64,000 nucleotides of DNA from Acidimicrobiales bacterium (GCA_052325485.1 JBKQUU010000042.1:1946-65945); one strand, 5' to 3'; numbered from the stretch's first letter, positions 36,790 to 46,188 are shown. Made by a program: numbers and translations. The notes: generated from the letters alone by a model not told the origin.

Positions 36790-38057
36790 AGCCGCTCCCG
36801 AGAAGGCCATGACCGCTCCTCCACCCTTCGGTCGGCGCCGGCGCCGACGTGGGGCGGGCTGACGACGAGGGTGTCGGCGTGCTGGCGCAGCTCGGGCACC
36901 GAGGTCACCCCCAACAGTTGCAAGGTACGGCGGAACTGTTCGACCAGTATGTCGATGGCGCGTCCGGCCCCGGCGCTACCGGCGGCGGCCAGGCCGTAAA
37001 GGTAAGGGCGCCCGACCATGCACATGTCTGCGCCCCGGGCCAGAGCGACGGCGACGTCGGCCCCATGGCGCACGCCCGAGTCGACCACGATCACCGCTTT
37101 GTCCGCCACCGCCTCCCGCACCGGCCGGACCAGGTCGATCGTGGCCACCGTACGGTCCAGTTGGCGGCCCCCGTGGTTGGACAGGTGGACGCCGTCAACC
37201 CCGGCGCCGACGGCACGGACGGCGTCTTCGGGGCTGATCGGCCCCTTGATCAGCATCGGGCCCGGCCACCAGCCCCGCAAGCGGTCCAGGTCGTCCCAAC
37301 CGACCGACGGGTCGAACCTGGCGGTCATGTCCTCCACCGTGCGGTACCTCGAGCCCCCAGGCCCGAGGTTGGCGAAGCTGAGCATCGGGCTAGCCAGCAT
37401 GCCGGCCCAGTACCCCGGGTGCAGGCCGATGTCGAGAATGGTCCGGGCGCGCAACCGGGGGGGGATGGTCAGCCCGTTGCGTACGTCCCGGGCCCGGTGG
37501 CCCGGTACGGCGGTGTCCACCGAGACCTCGAGCGCCTCATAACCGGAGGCGGCGGCCCGCTCCACCAAGGACCTCGTATGGCCCCGGTCCTTCAGCACGT
37601 AAAGCTGGAACCACAGGCGGGGGTGGCCAGTGGCCGCCAGGTCCTCGATCGAGGTGGTGCCGACGGTGGAGAGGCAGTAGGGCAAGGCCCGGACGGCCTT
37701 GGCCTGCGCCACCGCCGTCTCTCCGGAGGGGTGCATCATGCGCGTGTACCCGGTGGGGGCCAGGCCGAGCGGGGCGGCCAGACGTCGCCCGAACAGTTCG
37801 ACCGACAGGTCGGCGGCGGAGACGTCACGCAGGGCCCGGGGCTGGAAGGCCCAGCGGAGGAAACCGGCGCGGTTGGCCGAAAGGGTGTGCTCGCCGTCGG
37901 CGCCGCCTTCGACGTAGTCGAACACCGCCCTCGGCAGCTTGCGGCGGGCCGCCTGGCGCAAGTCCTCTACCGAGTGGCAACGGGCCAACACCCGCTGCAC
38001 GGGGCTCAGCACGGGCGGGCGCAGTTGGACGAGCTCCCGGACCTCGGCCAGCTTCAT
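36786..38057 (-). CDS. FMN-dependent alpha-hydroxy-acid oxidase/dehydrogenase (LldD / glycolate oxidase family)
   Basis: VFDYVEGGADGEHTLSANRAGF, WFQLYV, LEVSVDT, HLSNHGGRQLD, VVDSGVRHGADV. Confidence 0.85.
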   Translation of the reverse strand: MKLAEVRELVQLRPPVLSPVQRVLARCHSVEDLRQAARRKLPRAVFDYVEGGADGEHTLSANRAGFLRWAFQPRALRDVSAADLSVELFGRRLAAPLGLAPTGYTRMMHPSGETAVAQAKAVRALPYCLSTVGTTSIEDLAATGHPRLWFQLYVLKDRGHTRSLVERAAASGYEALEVSVDTAVPGHRARDVRNGLTIPPRLRARTILDIGLHPGYWAGMLASPMLSFANLGPGGSRYRTVEDMTARFDPSVGWDDLDRLRGWWPGPMLIKGPISPEDAVRAVGAGVDGVHLSNHGGRQLDRTVATIDLVRPVREAVADKAVIVVDSGVRHGADVAVALARGADMCMVGRPYLYGLAAAGSAGAGRAIDILVEQFRRTLQLLGVTSVPELRQHADTLVVSPPHVGAGADRRVEERSWPSRERL

Positions 38058-39304
38058 GGTGCGACCCGGTCGAGGAAAGACGAGACGGCGTCGGCACCGT
38101 CCACGGGTTCACTTCCGGCCGCCACGGCCCGGGCCAGCCCGAGGGAACGGACCGGTTCGGGCCGGCTCTCGGCCACCAGATTGGTGACCAGCATCGGGCA
38201 GCAAAATAGCGCCGAGCGGATTATCGCCCGCCAGTTGCCCGGCAGCAGGGACCGTCGCGACATCTCGGCCAGTAGGGGCGCCCAGATGAGCTCGGCGGCG
38301 CTGTCGAGCACCTGCCGGCGCAGCGGGGAGAGCTGGGCGTCGTCGGACACCTCGACCATGTCGGGGGTGACGGAGATCTTGGTACTGAAGCGCGCCGCGG
38401 CCTCGTCCGGGTGGTACAGCCAGAAAGGGTGGGCCAGCGCGTTATGGAAGCTGGCCTTCACCGGGGCCAGCAGGGCGGGGAGGTCCGTGCCGGCAAAGGC
38501 CGGGTCGAAGAGGCGCAGCACAGGGCCGTCGGCGCCTTCGAGGGCCCAGATGTTGCCGTGGTGATCATCGCCATGAGCGGTGACCACGGGCAACGCCGCC
38601 AGCGAAGCAGGCACCAGCAGCCGGGCCGCCTGCTCGGCCAGGTCGGAGAGCGAGGACTCGTACTCGATGCCGTTCACCCTCCAGCGTTTGTCGGCCACCC
38701 AGGCGTACATCGGGTCGGACAGGTAGTACCGCAGGAAGCGGGCACCGGGGAACCGTCCCGGCCCGTCCGCCAACCGGTGGTAGAAGAGCTGATGGATGGA
38801 GGCGGACGCCGAAGAGGGCACCGGCGCCGTCATCGTCTCCAGGAGCACCCTGGCCGTGTTGGCGTCCAGTTCCCGTCGGGCCGCCAGCAGCGGCGCACCG
38901 AGCGTTGCCGCCGCCCCCTGGGCGCGCTCGATCCGAGCACATACATCGGCCATGCGGGGCTCGTGGCGCAACTGGTACAGGGCCATCTGGGCACCCGGGC
39001 GGCTCGAGGTGGCCACAGGTACCTCGACCGGCAGGCCGGCGTTGCTCAGCAGCTGGGCGCGGTAGTACTCGGTGACGTTGTCCTGTTCACCCTCCTCCTG
39101 GTGGAACTTGAAGAAATAGGTCGAGCCGTCCCCCATATGGGCACGGCCGCTCACCGAGTTGAGGCTGTACTCGTCCTGGGTGAACCGGACGGTCGTAACC
39201 TCGAGGCCGAACATGTCCCGCAGGGCGCCGCTCACCTCCCGGGCCGCCGCCTCGGCATCGCCCCTCCTGAGCAGCGCCGGGACCAGGGCCGAGCCCGCGT
39301 TCAA
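38054..39304 (-). CDS. phosphotransferase-family (APH/choline-kinase-like) protein
   Basis: VVTAHGDDHHGNIW...LRLFDPAFAG resembles the HGDxHxGN...D(F/P) kinase-fold catalytic and metal motifs. TTG at 39304 overlaps the upstream stop (TTGA). Confidence 0.5.
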   Translation of the reverse strand: MNAGSALVPALLRRGDAEAAAREVSGALRDMFGLEVTTVRFTQDEYSLNSVSGRAHMGDGSTYFFKFHQEEGEQDNVTEYYRAQLLSNAGLPVEVPVATSSRPGAQMALYQLRHEPRMADVCARIERAQGAAATLGAPLLAARRELDANTARVLLETMTAPVPSSASASIHQLFYHRLADGPGRFPGARFLRYYLSDPMYAWVADKRWRVNGIEYESSLSDLAEQAARLLVPASLAALPVVTAHGDDHHGNIWALEGADGPVLRLFDPAFAGTDLPALLAPVKASFHNALAHPFWLYHPDEAAARFSTKISVTPDMVEVSDDAQLSPLRRQVLDSAAELIWAPLLAEMSRRSLLPGNWRAIIRSALFCCPMLVTNLVAESRPEPVRSLGLARAVAAGSEPVDGADAVSSFLDRVAP

Positions 39305-40635
39305 GAGAACCTGACGCGCACGGCCGCCTCGTGGGCCGGGAAGCCCTCGTGCTGAGTGAACGCGGTTATGGAGCCTCGCATGCGGGCCAGGGAGCGCTCG
39401 TCGGCGCGCGCTACCGCCGTCCGTTTGCGGAAGGCGTCCGCCGTGATGCCTCCGCTCACCTTGGCGAACCCGCTTGTCGGGAGGGACGCGGGGCAGCCGA
39501 TGATGAAGTTGGCGGCCGACACGGGCGTCCACTGGCCGACCAGGATCTCACCGGCGTCGGTCAGGCGCGCCAGCACCGCCGCTTCGTCGCGCACGGCGAC
39601 CTGCATGTGCTCGGGGGCGTAGGCGTTGGCTACCTCCGTGGCCTGGTCCATGTCGTTGACCAGGATGGCGCCGCCGTTGGTGCCCAGGGCCAGGGCGGCG
39701 TAGCTGCGCCGCGGCTCGGGCAGCTCGGCCAGTTGGCGGGCCACCTCGACCTGGGCCTTGGAGATCAGGTCCTCGCTGTCGGTCACGAGCCAGCTGGAGG
39801 AGTCCGGGCCGTGCTCCGCCTCGTTCAACAGGTCGGCGGCCAAGAGCCGGGGGTCGGCACTGTCGTCGGCAATGACCAGGCTCTCGCTGGGGCCGAGGAG
39901 CATCGTCGTCACGGTCCCGTAACGCTGCACCTCGACCTGGGCACAAGTCACGGCCGGGCTGCCGGGGCCGACAATTTTGCGCACCTTGGGCACCGTCTCG
40001 GTGCCGAACGCGAGAGCAGCGATACCGGCCGGGCCATTGGCCCGGAAGACGTCGCGGATGCCGAGCTCGGCGGCCACCACGAGCACAGCCGGGTCGGCGG
40101 CGCCACTGGGCCCGGGTACGGGCGGGACCACCACGGCGATGGTGGGCACACCGGCGACCACGGCGGGCGTGCCCAACTGGACGAGGACGGACGGGTAAGA
40201 AGCCTTGCCGCTGGGCACGAAAAGGCCGGCGCTGGCAATAGGAGTGACCTTTTCGCCCACTGTGAGCCCGGGTTCGCTTTCGAAGCTCCAGTCCCCTCGG
40301 GCGACAACCTGCTCATTGAAGCGACGCACGTGGTCGATGGCGTCGCGGATGGCCGCCAGCAGTTCCGGCGGCACCGTCGCCCTGGCCTGGGCAAACTCCT
40401 CATCGCTGACCCGCAGGCGACCTGGGTCGACGTCGCAGCCGTCGTATTTCTTCAGCGCCCGGGCCACTGCCGAGTCGCCGTTGAGCCTTACGTCCTCCAG
40501 GAGGGCGCCGATCTCCTGGCGTAGCTGGGGGTCGAAGATTTTGTCGAGCCCTCTTGTCAAAGCGGCCTGACGCGCGCCGGGGCCGAGCCTGTCCCAGTGC
40601 CCGATAAACCGTACGGGGCCGTCGAAAGTCGGCAT
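39301..40635 (-). CDS. histidinol dehydrogenase family (HisD-like) NAD-dependent dehydrogenase, probably a non-biosynthetic paralog
   Basis: LEDVRLNGDSAVARALKKYDG, GKASYPSVL, KIVGPGSPAV, LNEAEHGPDSSSWLVT, YAPEHMQV. ATG at 40635 (TAATG junction) is preceded by GAAGGAAGGA. Confidence 0.75.
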   Translation of the reverse strand: MPTFDGPVRFIGHWDRLGPGARQAALTRGLDKIFDPQLRQEIGALLEDVRLNGDSAVARALKKYDGCDVDPGRLRVSDEEFAQARATVPPELLAAIRDAIDHVRRFNEQVVARGDWSFESEPGLTVGEKVTPIASAGLFVPSGKASYPSVLVQLGTPAVVAGVPTIAVVVPPVPGPSGAADPAVLVVAAELGIRDVFRANGPAGIAALAFGTETVPKVRKIVGPGSPAVTCAQVEVQRYGTVTTMLLGPSESLVIADDSADPRLLAADLLNEAEHGPDSSSWLVTDSEDLISKAQVEVARQLAELPEPRRSYAALALGTNGGAILVNDMDQATEVANAYAPEHMQVAVRDEAAVLARLTDAGEILVGQWTPVSAANFIIGCPASLPTSGFAKVSGGITADAFRKRTAVARADERSLARMRGSITAFTQHEGFPAHEAAVRVRFS

Positions 40636-41735
40636 TATCCTTCCTTCCTCGTCATTGCGGAGGTGGCGGCGCTTTTGAACGCCGAGTACAGCGTGGCCCG
40701 CAGCACGGCCATTTGCGGAGGCCACCCGATCGAGATGCGCGCCCAACCGGGCATCCCCAGGTCAGCCCCGGAGCGGACGACCGTCCCGGACGCGGCCAGG
40801 GCGGGCCCGAGCCGCTCGAGGTCAAGCCGGCCCGTGACGAAATTGGCCTGGCTGGGGAAGTACTCGACCCCCAACGAGCCGAGAACGAGTTCCAACCGGG
40901 CTCGCTCCCGGCGCACCAGGGCCACCGACATCGCCCGCCAGTCTTCGCTGGCGGTGCCCGCCTTGATGGCCGCCAGGGCTAAAGAGTTCACACTGAACGG
41001 CGGCCGGGCGCGGGAAAGAGCGTCGACCAGGGGGGCCGAGGCCAGCCCGTACCCGACCCGCAGACCGGCCAGCGCCCAGTCCTTGGACAGGGTGCGCTGC
41101 ACCAGCAAGTTGGGATGAGAGGCGAGCAGGCCCACGACGTCGGGACGCACCTGGTCGTCACTGAAAGCCCGGTAGGCCTCGTCCAGCACGACCAGGCAGT
41201 CCTCGGGCGCCTGAGCCAAGAAGTGGCCCAGCTCGGCCGGGTCGCAGGCGGCGCCGGTGGGGTTGTGCGGCGACGGCAGCCAGACCACTGAGGCGCCGGC
41301 AGATGCTCTGGCCATGGCCTCCAGGTCGTGCCCACCGTCGGGGCGCAGCGGGACCCGGCGCAACGAGGCACCGGAAAGAAGAGAAGCGGTGGCATCGATC
41401 TGGTAGCAGGGCTCGCCCACCACCGCCACCCGGCCCGGCCCCAGGAGCACGGACGCCACCAGGTAACACAGTTCGTCGCTGCCATTGGTAAGTATGAGCC
41501 GGTCGGCGGCCAGCCCCACGTACCTGGCCAGGGCATCGGTGGCAAGGCCCTGCTCGGGGTAGCGGTTGACTGTGGACAGCGACGCGGCGATGGCGGCCCG
41601 GACGGCAGGCGACGGGCCCAGGGGTGCTTCGTTGGAGGAGAGCTTCCCGGCCGCCGGCCCCGGGCTCGGGCGGCCCGCCCGGTAAGCGGCCACCTCCCTG
41701 ACCCGTTCGGCGGCGCGCTCGGCTACTCCTGCCAC
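40635..41735 (-). CDS. class-II PLP aminotransferase (histidinol-phosphate aminotransferase-like)
   Basis: KLSSNEAPLGPSP, YPE, NPHNPTG-like SPHNPTGAA, VVLDEAY, TLSKDWALAGLRVGY (PLP Lys). Confidence 0.8.
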   Translation of the reverse strand: MAGVAERAAERVREVAAYRAGRPSPGPAAGKLSSNEAPLGPSPAVRAAIAASLSTVNRYPEQGLATDALARYVGLAADRLILTNGSDELCYLVASVLLGPGRVAVVGEPCYQIDATASLLSGASLRRVPLRPDGGHDLEAMARASAGASVVWLPSPHNPTGAACDPAELGHFLAQAPEDCLVVLDEAYRAFSDDQVRPDVVGLLASHPNLLVQRTLSKDWALAGLRVGYGLASAPLVDALSRARPPFSVNSLALAAIKAGTASEDWRAMSVALVRRERARLELVLGSLGVEYFPSQANFVTGRLDLERLGPALAASGTVVRSGADLGMPGWARISIGWPPQMAVLRATLYSAFKSAATSAMTRKEG

Positions 41736-42727
41736 GGCCTCACCACCACCTTGCCCGCGGACGGTGAACGGCCGAGGGAGGCAAGGCGTTCGGCGGCTTC
41801 TTCGAGCAACACCGCCTCGCTCACCAACGGCCGGTACCGATCGGCGTCTGCGGCCAGGACCACGAGCGCCTCTTCCAGTTCGCCGTCGAAACCGACAGAC
41901 CCGGCGATGGTCAGGGTCCGTTCCGCCAGTTGGGCAGGCACGAGCGTGACCGCCTCAGCGGAAAGGGCGACGACCAGGACGGTACCCCCGTTGGCGGCGC
42001 GGGCGCAGGCGTCGGTCAAAGACCCCGGGTACCCGGCGGCGTCGACCACCAGGCCGAAGCCGGGAACGGCACGGTCGGCGCCTCCGGGCCCCGCCGGCCC
42101 GGGGGCCGGTGAAGCGCCCAGAGCGAGGCCCAGGCGGCGGCGCTCGTCGGCCGGCTCGGAGACGAAGACGGCCAAGTCGGGCCAGCGGCGTACCAGCTCC
42201 AGATGGACCAGGGCACCGATGGGGCCGTAGCCGAGGACGAGAGCATCGTGGGGGCGGTGGGACAACCGGGAAACGGCGTGCATGGCCACGGCCAGGGGCT
42301 CGGCGAGCACGGCGATAGCCGGCTCGAGGTCCGGCGGGCAACTCACCAGGCTGCCCACGGGCACGACCAGGTGGCGGGCGAACCCACCGGGGCGCGCCTC
42401 GCCCATCCACGTCATCTGGTGGCAGAGCGAAGGGGCTACGGCGCAACCGGGGCAGGCCCCGCAGGGCAGGCGCGAGTCGAGCACGACCGTGGTCCCCGGG
42501 GCCATTTCGCCGCCCGGGCAGTCCTGGACCACTCCCACCACCTCATGGCCGAGCGTCGCCGGCCAGTAGGCCACCCAGGCCCCCGTCTTGAGCACATGAA
42601 GGTCCGACCCGCACACCCCGGCCCAGGCCACCCTCACCAAAGCCTCGCCGGGCGCCGGGACCGGCAGCTCACGCGTGCCCAGAGCCACCCTCAGTTGCCG
42701 GTCCAGCAAGAGCGCGTCCGTCTTCAC
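41723..42727 (-). CDS. zinc-dependent medium-chain alcohol dehydrogenase family protein
   Basis: GEALVRVAWAGVCGSDLHV, GHEVVGVV, CGACPGC structural-Zn motif, a Rossmann region. GTG at 42727 overlaps the IclR stop (GTGA). Confidence 0.8.
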   Translation of the reverse strand: MKTDALLLDRQLRVALGTRELPVPAPGEALVRVAWAGVCGSDLHVLKTGAWVAYWPATLGHEVVGVVQDCPGGEMAPGTTVVLDSRLPCGACPGCAVAPSLCHQMTWMGEARPGGFARHLVVPVGSLVSCPPDLEPAIAVLAEPLAVAMHAVSRLSHRPHDALVLGYGPIGALVHLELVRRWPDLAVFVSEPADERRRLGLALGASPAPGPAGPGGADRAVPGFGLVVDAAGYPGSLTDACARAANGGTVLVVALSAEAVTLVPAQLAERTLTIAGSVGFDGELEEALVVLAADADRYRPLVSEAVLLEEAAERLASLGRSPSAGKVVVRPWQE

Positions 42728-43536
42728 AGCTCTGACGCCCCTCGGGCACCCAGCCGCGCCGAAGCTCGGCCCGCCGCCTCCACAACCGCACCGACCACCG
42801 CTGGCGCCGCCGGCACACCGCCCAGGAGGTAGCTCACCCCGATGGCACCGCAGCAGCCACGGTCGTTGAACACAGGAGCAGCCACGCACCGGATGCCCAC
42901 GGCCGTTTGCCCGTCGTCGACGGCGTAGCCGAGCCGGTGCACCTTCTCCAGCTCGAGCCCGAGCTCGGACGCCGTCGCGTGGCCGGCGCCGCCCTCACCG
43001 GGCACACCGGGCACACCGGGCACACCGGGCACACCAGAGGCACGGTAGGCGAGTTGGGCCTTGCCTACGGCCGTTACCGCCGCGGGCAGGCGGGCACCGA
43101 GCGAGCTGGCCAGCTTCAGGCCCAACCCGGGGGGGTCGTGCTTGGCCAGGTACACGACCTCCTCGTTTTCGAGCACGGCAAAATGCGACGTTACGCCCAG
43201 CGACTCCGTAAGCCACTGCAGTTCCGGCGTGACGCTGCGCGCCGGCGTCATCGTCCGCAGGTACGCCGCTCCCACCTCGAAGCTGCGCAGGCCGAGCGTG
43301 TAGGAGCCTTTTTCGTCAGCCACACAGAACTCCGAAACCACCAGTGCCCTGAGCAAGGTCAGGGCACTGCTCTTGGGCAACTTCAGCTGGGTCGCCACCT
43401 CCCCCAGGGTCAGCGGCTCGTCGCTCCGGCTCAACAGCTCCAGGATCGAAAGAGCTCGTAGCGCCGCCCGGTTGGCCACCGGCGCCCAGGCGTGCTTCTC
43501 GTTGCCGGGCAATGCCCCGGCGCGCCCCGAGGTCAT
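42724..43536 (-). CDS. IclR-family transcriptional regulator carrying an in-frame (GVP)4 insertion
   Basis: N-terminal wHTH ALRALSILELLSRSDEPLTLGEVATQLKLPKSSALTLLRAL. IclR effector-domain pattern (GLKLASSLGARLPA, YAVDDGQTAVGIRCVAAPV). Confidence 0.85.
   Translation of the reverse strand: MTSGRAGALPGNEKHAWAPVANRAALRALSILELLSRSDEPLTLGEVATQLKLPKSSALTLLRALVVSEFCVADEKGSYTLGLRSFEVGAAYLRTMTPARSVTPELQWLTESLGVTSHFAVLENEEVVYLAKHDPPGLGLKLASSLGARLPAAVTAVGKAQLAYRASGVPGVPGVPGVPGEGGAGHATASELGLELEKVHRLGYAVDDGQTAVGIRCVAAPVFNDRGCCGAIGVSYLLGGVPAAPAVVGAVVEAAGRASARLGARGASEL
42996..43035. repeat. 9-nt tandem repeat (caccgggca) x4 plus a partial copy, inside the IclR coding sequence
   Basis: The + strand reads caccgggcacaccgggcacaccgggcacaccgggcacacca. 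On the minus strand this encodes GVPGVPGVPGVPG. Confidence 0.85.
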
Positions 43537-44321
43537 CGCAGGATGCGGGCAAAGCCTGTGTTGCGGGCGGCCTCGTCGTGGATGAGCCCGCGCACGTGCT
43601 GTTTCAGGGACAAGAACTCGCTTTCCATCTGCTGCGAGAAGTCACGCGGCCGGGGCAAGTGCACGTCGATGAGCTCCCGGACCTGGCCGGGCTTGGTCGA
43701 CAGGACACAAATTCGGTCGGCCAGGAAGATCGCCTCGTCGATGTCGTGGGTCACGAAGAGCACCGACAGCCGGTCACGCTCCCAGATCGAGAGCAAGAGC
43801 TCTTGCATGAGGCTGCGGGTCTGGGCGTCGAGGGCACCGAAGGGCTCGTCCATGAGCAGGATGCTGGGCCTTAGCGCCAACGCCCTGGCTATGGCCACGC
43901 GTTGTTGCATGCCACCGGAAAGCTGGAACGGGTAGCTGCCGGCGAAGTCGAGCAACCCCACGACATCGAGGAAGCGCCGAGCCTCCTCGGCCCGCGGCTT
44001 TTTCGGGAGGTGGCGCAAGCCGAACTCGACGTTGTCCTGCGCCGACAGCCAGGGGTAGAGCGTGTACTGCTGGAAGACCATGCCCCGGTCCTTGCCCGCC
44101 GCCAGCAGAGGAGCGCCGTCCAAGGTGAGCTCCCCGGCACTGGCCGGCTCGAGGCCGGCGACGATACGCAGGAGAGTCGACTTGCCACATCCCGAGGCAC
44201 CCACAACGGAAACGAACTCCCCATCGTCGAGGGTCAGGTTTATGTCGTGAAGGGCGTGGACCGTCCCTTTGCGGCCGCGGAAAGTCTTCTCCACCCCCTT
44301 CAGCACGAGTGTGGCGGCCAT
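43533..44321 (-). CDS. ABC transporter ATP-binding protein (NitT/TauT nitrate/sulfonate/taurine type)
   Basis: GASGCGKSTLLRI Walker A, LSGGMQQRVAIARAL signature, LLMDEPFGALD Walker B. ATG at 44321. Confidence 0.9.
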   Translation of the reverse strand: MAATLVLKGVEKTFRGRKGTVHALHDINLTLDDGEFVSVVGASGCGKSTLLRIVAGLEPASAGELTLDGAPLLAAGKDRGMVFQQYTLYPWLSAQDNVEFGLRHLPKKPRAEEARRFLDVVGLLDFAGSYPFQLSGGMQQRVAIARALALRPSILLMDEPFGALDAQTRSLMQELLLSIWERDRLSVLFVTHDIDEAIFLADRICVLSTKPGQVRELIDVHLPRPRDFSQQMESEFLSLKQHVRGLIHDEAARNTGFARILR

Positions 44322-44323
44322 GG

Positions 44324-45190
44324 CTAACGGGCCGCCCGGGACATGTAGGGGAACGCCCGGGCATAGATCGCCTTGAACGAGAAGTCGAACATGAGCCCCA
44401 GGATGCCGATGATGATTATCCCGAGGATGATCTCTGGTGTGTTGAGGTAGCGCTCGGCCTGCTGGATCTGGAACCCGAGCCCGTTGGTGGCACCCACCAG
44501 CTCCACCACGACGAGATAGGTCCACCCCCAGCCCATGGATATGCGCAAGGTGTCCACGATCCCGGGCAACGCCGCCCGGAAGATGACCCGGCGGACGACT
44601 TTCGCCGGTGACAGGCCGAGAGTGTAGGCCATGTCCACGTACTGGGCGGGGACATTTTTCACATTGTCCATAACCAGCAGGACTTCCTGGAAGAAAATGG
44701 CGATGAACAAGATGACGAGTTTTTGCGTGGTCGAGGTGCCGAACCAGATGAGCGTTAGGGGGATGAAAGCTACCGCCGGCGTGTACCGCATGAAGTCGAT
44801 AGGAGGTTCGAGAGACGCTTCGAAGACCTTGTAGCTACCCATGAGCATCCCCACCGGTATGGCCACGGCCGAGCTGATGATAAAGCCGAGCACGATCCGC
44901 AGCACGCTGGCCCCGATGTCGGGCCAGAGGATGCCTGTGCTGGACTCGGTGACGGCCGCCTGCCACACCTGGGTCGGAGTGGGGAGGAACAGGTTCTGGA
45001 CGGCTCCGGCATAGCTGAGCCCGGCCCAGAGGGCGAAAACGAGGCATAGAGAAATGACGGCCAACGACCAGTAGGTCCGCCTCTGAATGGGCTCGTAAAG
45101 CCGGAGCCGGCGACGCACCAGGAGCGGCGCCTTGGGAGCGCTCACCGTAGCAGTGAGCGCTCCCGTGCCTCGGCGTGTCCCCAGGCTCAC
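44324..45190 (-). CDS. ABC transporter permease (NitT/TauT type)
   Basis: Six hydrophobic helices and a binding-protein-dependent transport motif region (AYTLGLSPAKVVRRVIFRAALPGI). Confidence 0.85.
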   Translation of the reverse strand: MSLGTRRGTGALTATVSAPKAPLLVRRRLRLYEPIQRRTYWSLAVISLCLVFALWAGLSYAGAVQNLFLPTPTQVWQAAVTESSTGILWPDIGASVLRIVLGFIISSAVAIPVGMLMGSYKVFEASLEPPIDFMRYTPAVAFIPLTLIWFGTSTTQKLVILFIAIFFQEVLLVMDNVKNVPAQYVDMAYTLGLSPAKVVRRVIFRAALPGIVDTLRISMGWGWTYLVVVELVGATNGLGFQIQQAERYLNTPEIILGIIIIGILGLMFDFSFKAIYARAFPYMSRAAR

Positions 45191-46188
45191 TTCAGGAAGT
45201 CGAAGTCCGCTACCGAAGCCAGGGTGACGGGGTGCTTGACCTGGCCCATGGCCTCGAGCGTTTTGCCGATGGCCAGGTACTCAGAGGCGAGCTTGCCCGA
45301 GGAGACGAGCGATTCATTATTGGCCACGGAGTACAGGACCACCCCAGAAAGCGTCGAAGCCAGAGATGCGGGGGTGGCACCGATGCCTTTGGCCATGATG
45401 GCCACCGCCTGCGACCGGTGGGTGCCAAAAAAGGTGATGGCGTCGCTCCACGCCTCGACGAGCTCGCGGGCCTGGGTGGCGTGGCCGGCGAGCCAGCCCT
45501 TGTTGGCCACCAGGAAGTCACTAATGAGGCCGGGAGCCTGCGCGCTGGAGAAAAAGACGTGCACGTCAGTGGCGCTCGGGCTGCTCGTGGCCTCGGCGAT
45601 GTACGGCTGGTAGGTCACCACGACCTTGTCCTTGCCGGCGATGAGCAGCGTCCCGGCGTCAGCGGCGGGCACGTTGACCGATTTGACCGAGTTGAACGGC
45701 ATGTGGTTCTGGAGGAGGTAGTAGTGGAGCAACAGGTCGCTGGTCGTGCCGTACTCGTAAGCCACCGTCTGGCCCTTTAGCTGGGCGGCGGTGGAGATCG
45801 ACTTGACGGACATGATGGCGTCGGCCCCGTTGGAGTCGTCCTCGAGCATCAAGGGGACGGCGGGGAGCCCCAGGTTGGCGAACTGGATGGTCCGGCCGGT
45901 GTCGATGTTGGAGACATCCGTCTTGCCCGCCACGAGAGCGGCGTTGCGGTCGGCGTCTTCTTCGAAGTTGACTATGTTGACCTTGAGGCCGTACTTGGTG
46001 AAGTAGCCCTCTTGCTGAGCGATGTACCAGGGCGCATAGCCGATCCAGGGCTCGGTGCCCATGGAAACGGAGGTAAGGGACGAAGCGCTGGCTCCAGGCG
46101 TGGCCAGGAGCCCAACAGTGGCTGTTGCCGTGAGTGCTGTTGCCAGCGTCGAGGCCGCCAGTCTGCGCAGCCTGTTCCTCGGGGTCAT
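45187..46188 (-). CDS. ABC transporter substrate-binding protein (NMT1/TauA/SsuA-like) with signal peptide
   Basis: Signal-like RLRRLAASTLATALTATATVGLLATPGASA. WIGYAPWYIAQQEGYFTKYGLKVNIVNF is typical of sulfonate/nitrate/taurine-type binding proteins. Confidence 0.8.
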   Translation of the reverse strand: MTPRNRLRRLAASTLATALTATATVGLLATPGASASSLTSVSMGTEPWIGYAPWYIAQQEGYFTKYGLKVNIVNFEEDADRNAALVAGKTDVSNIDTGRTIQFANLGLPAVPLMLEDDSNGADAIMSVKSISTAAQLKGQTVAYEYGTTSDLLLHYYLLQNHMPFNSVKSVNVPAADAGTLLIAGKDKVVVTYQPYIAEATSSPSATDVHVFFSSAQAPGLISDFLVANKGWLAGHATQARELVEAWSDAITFFGTHRSQAVAIMAKGIGATPASLASTLSGVVLYSVANNESLVSSGKLASEYLAIGKTLEAMGQVKHPVTLASVADFDFLK

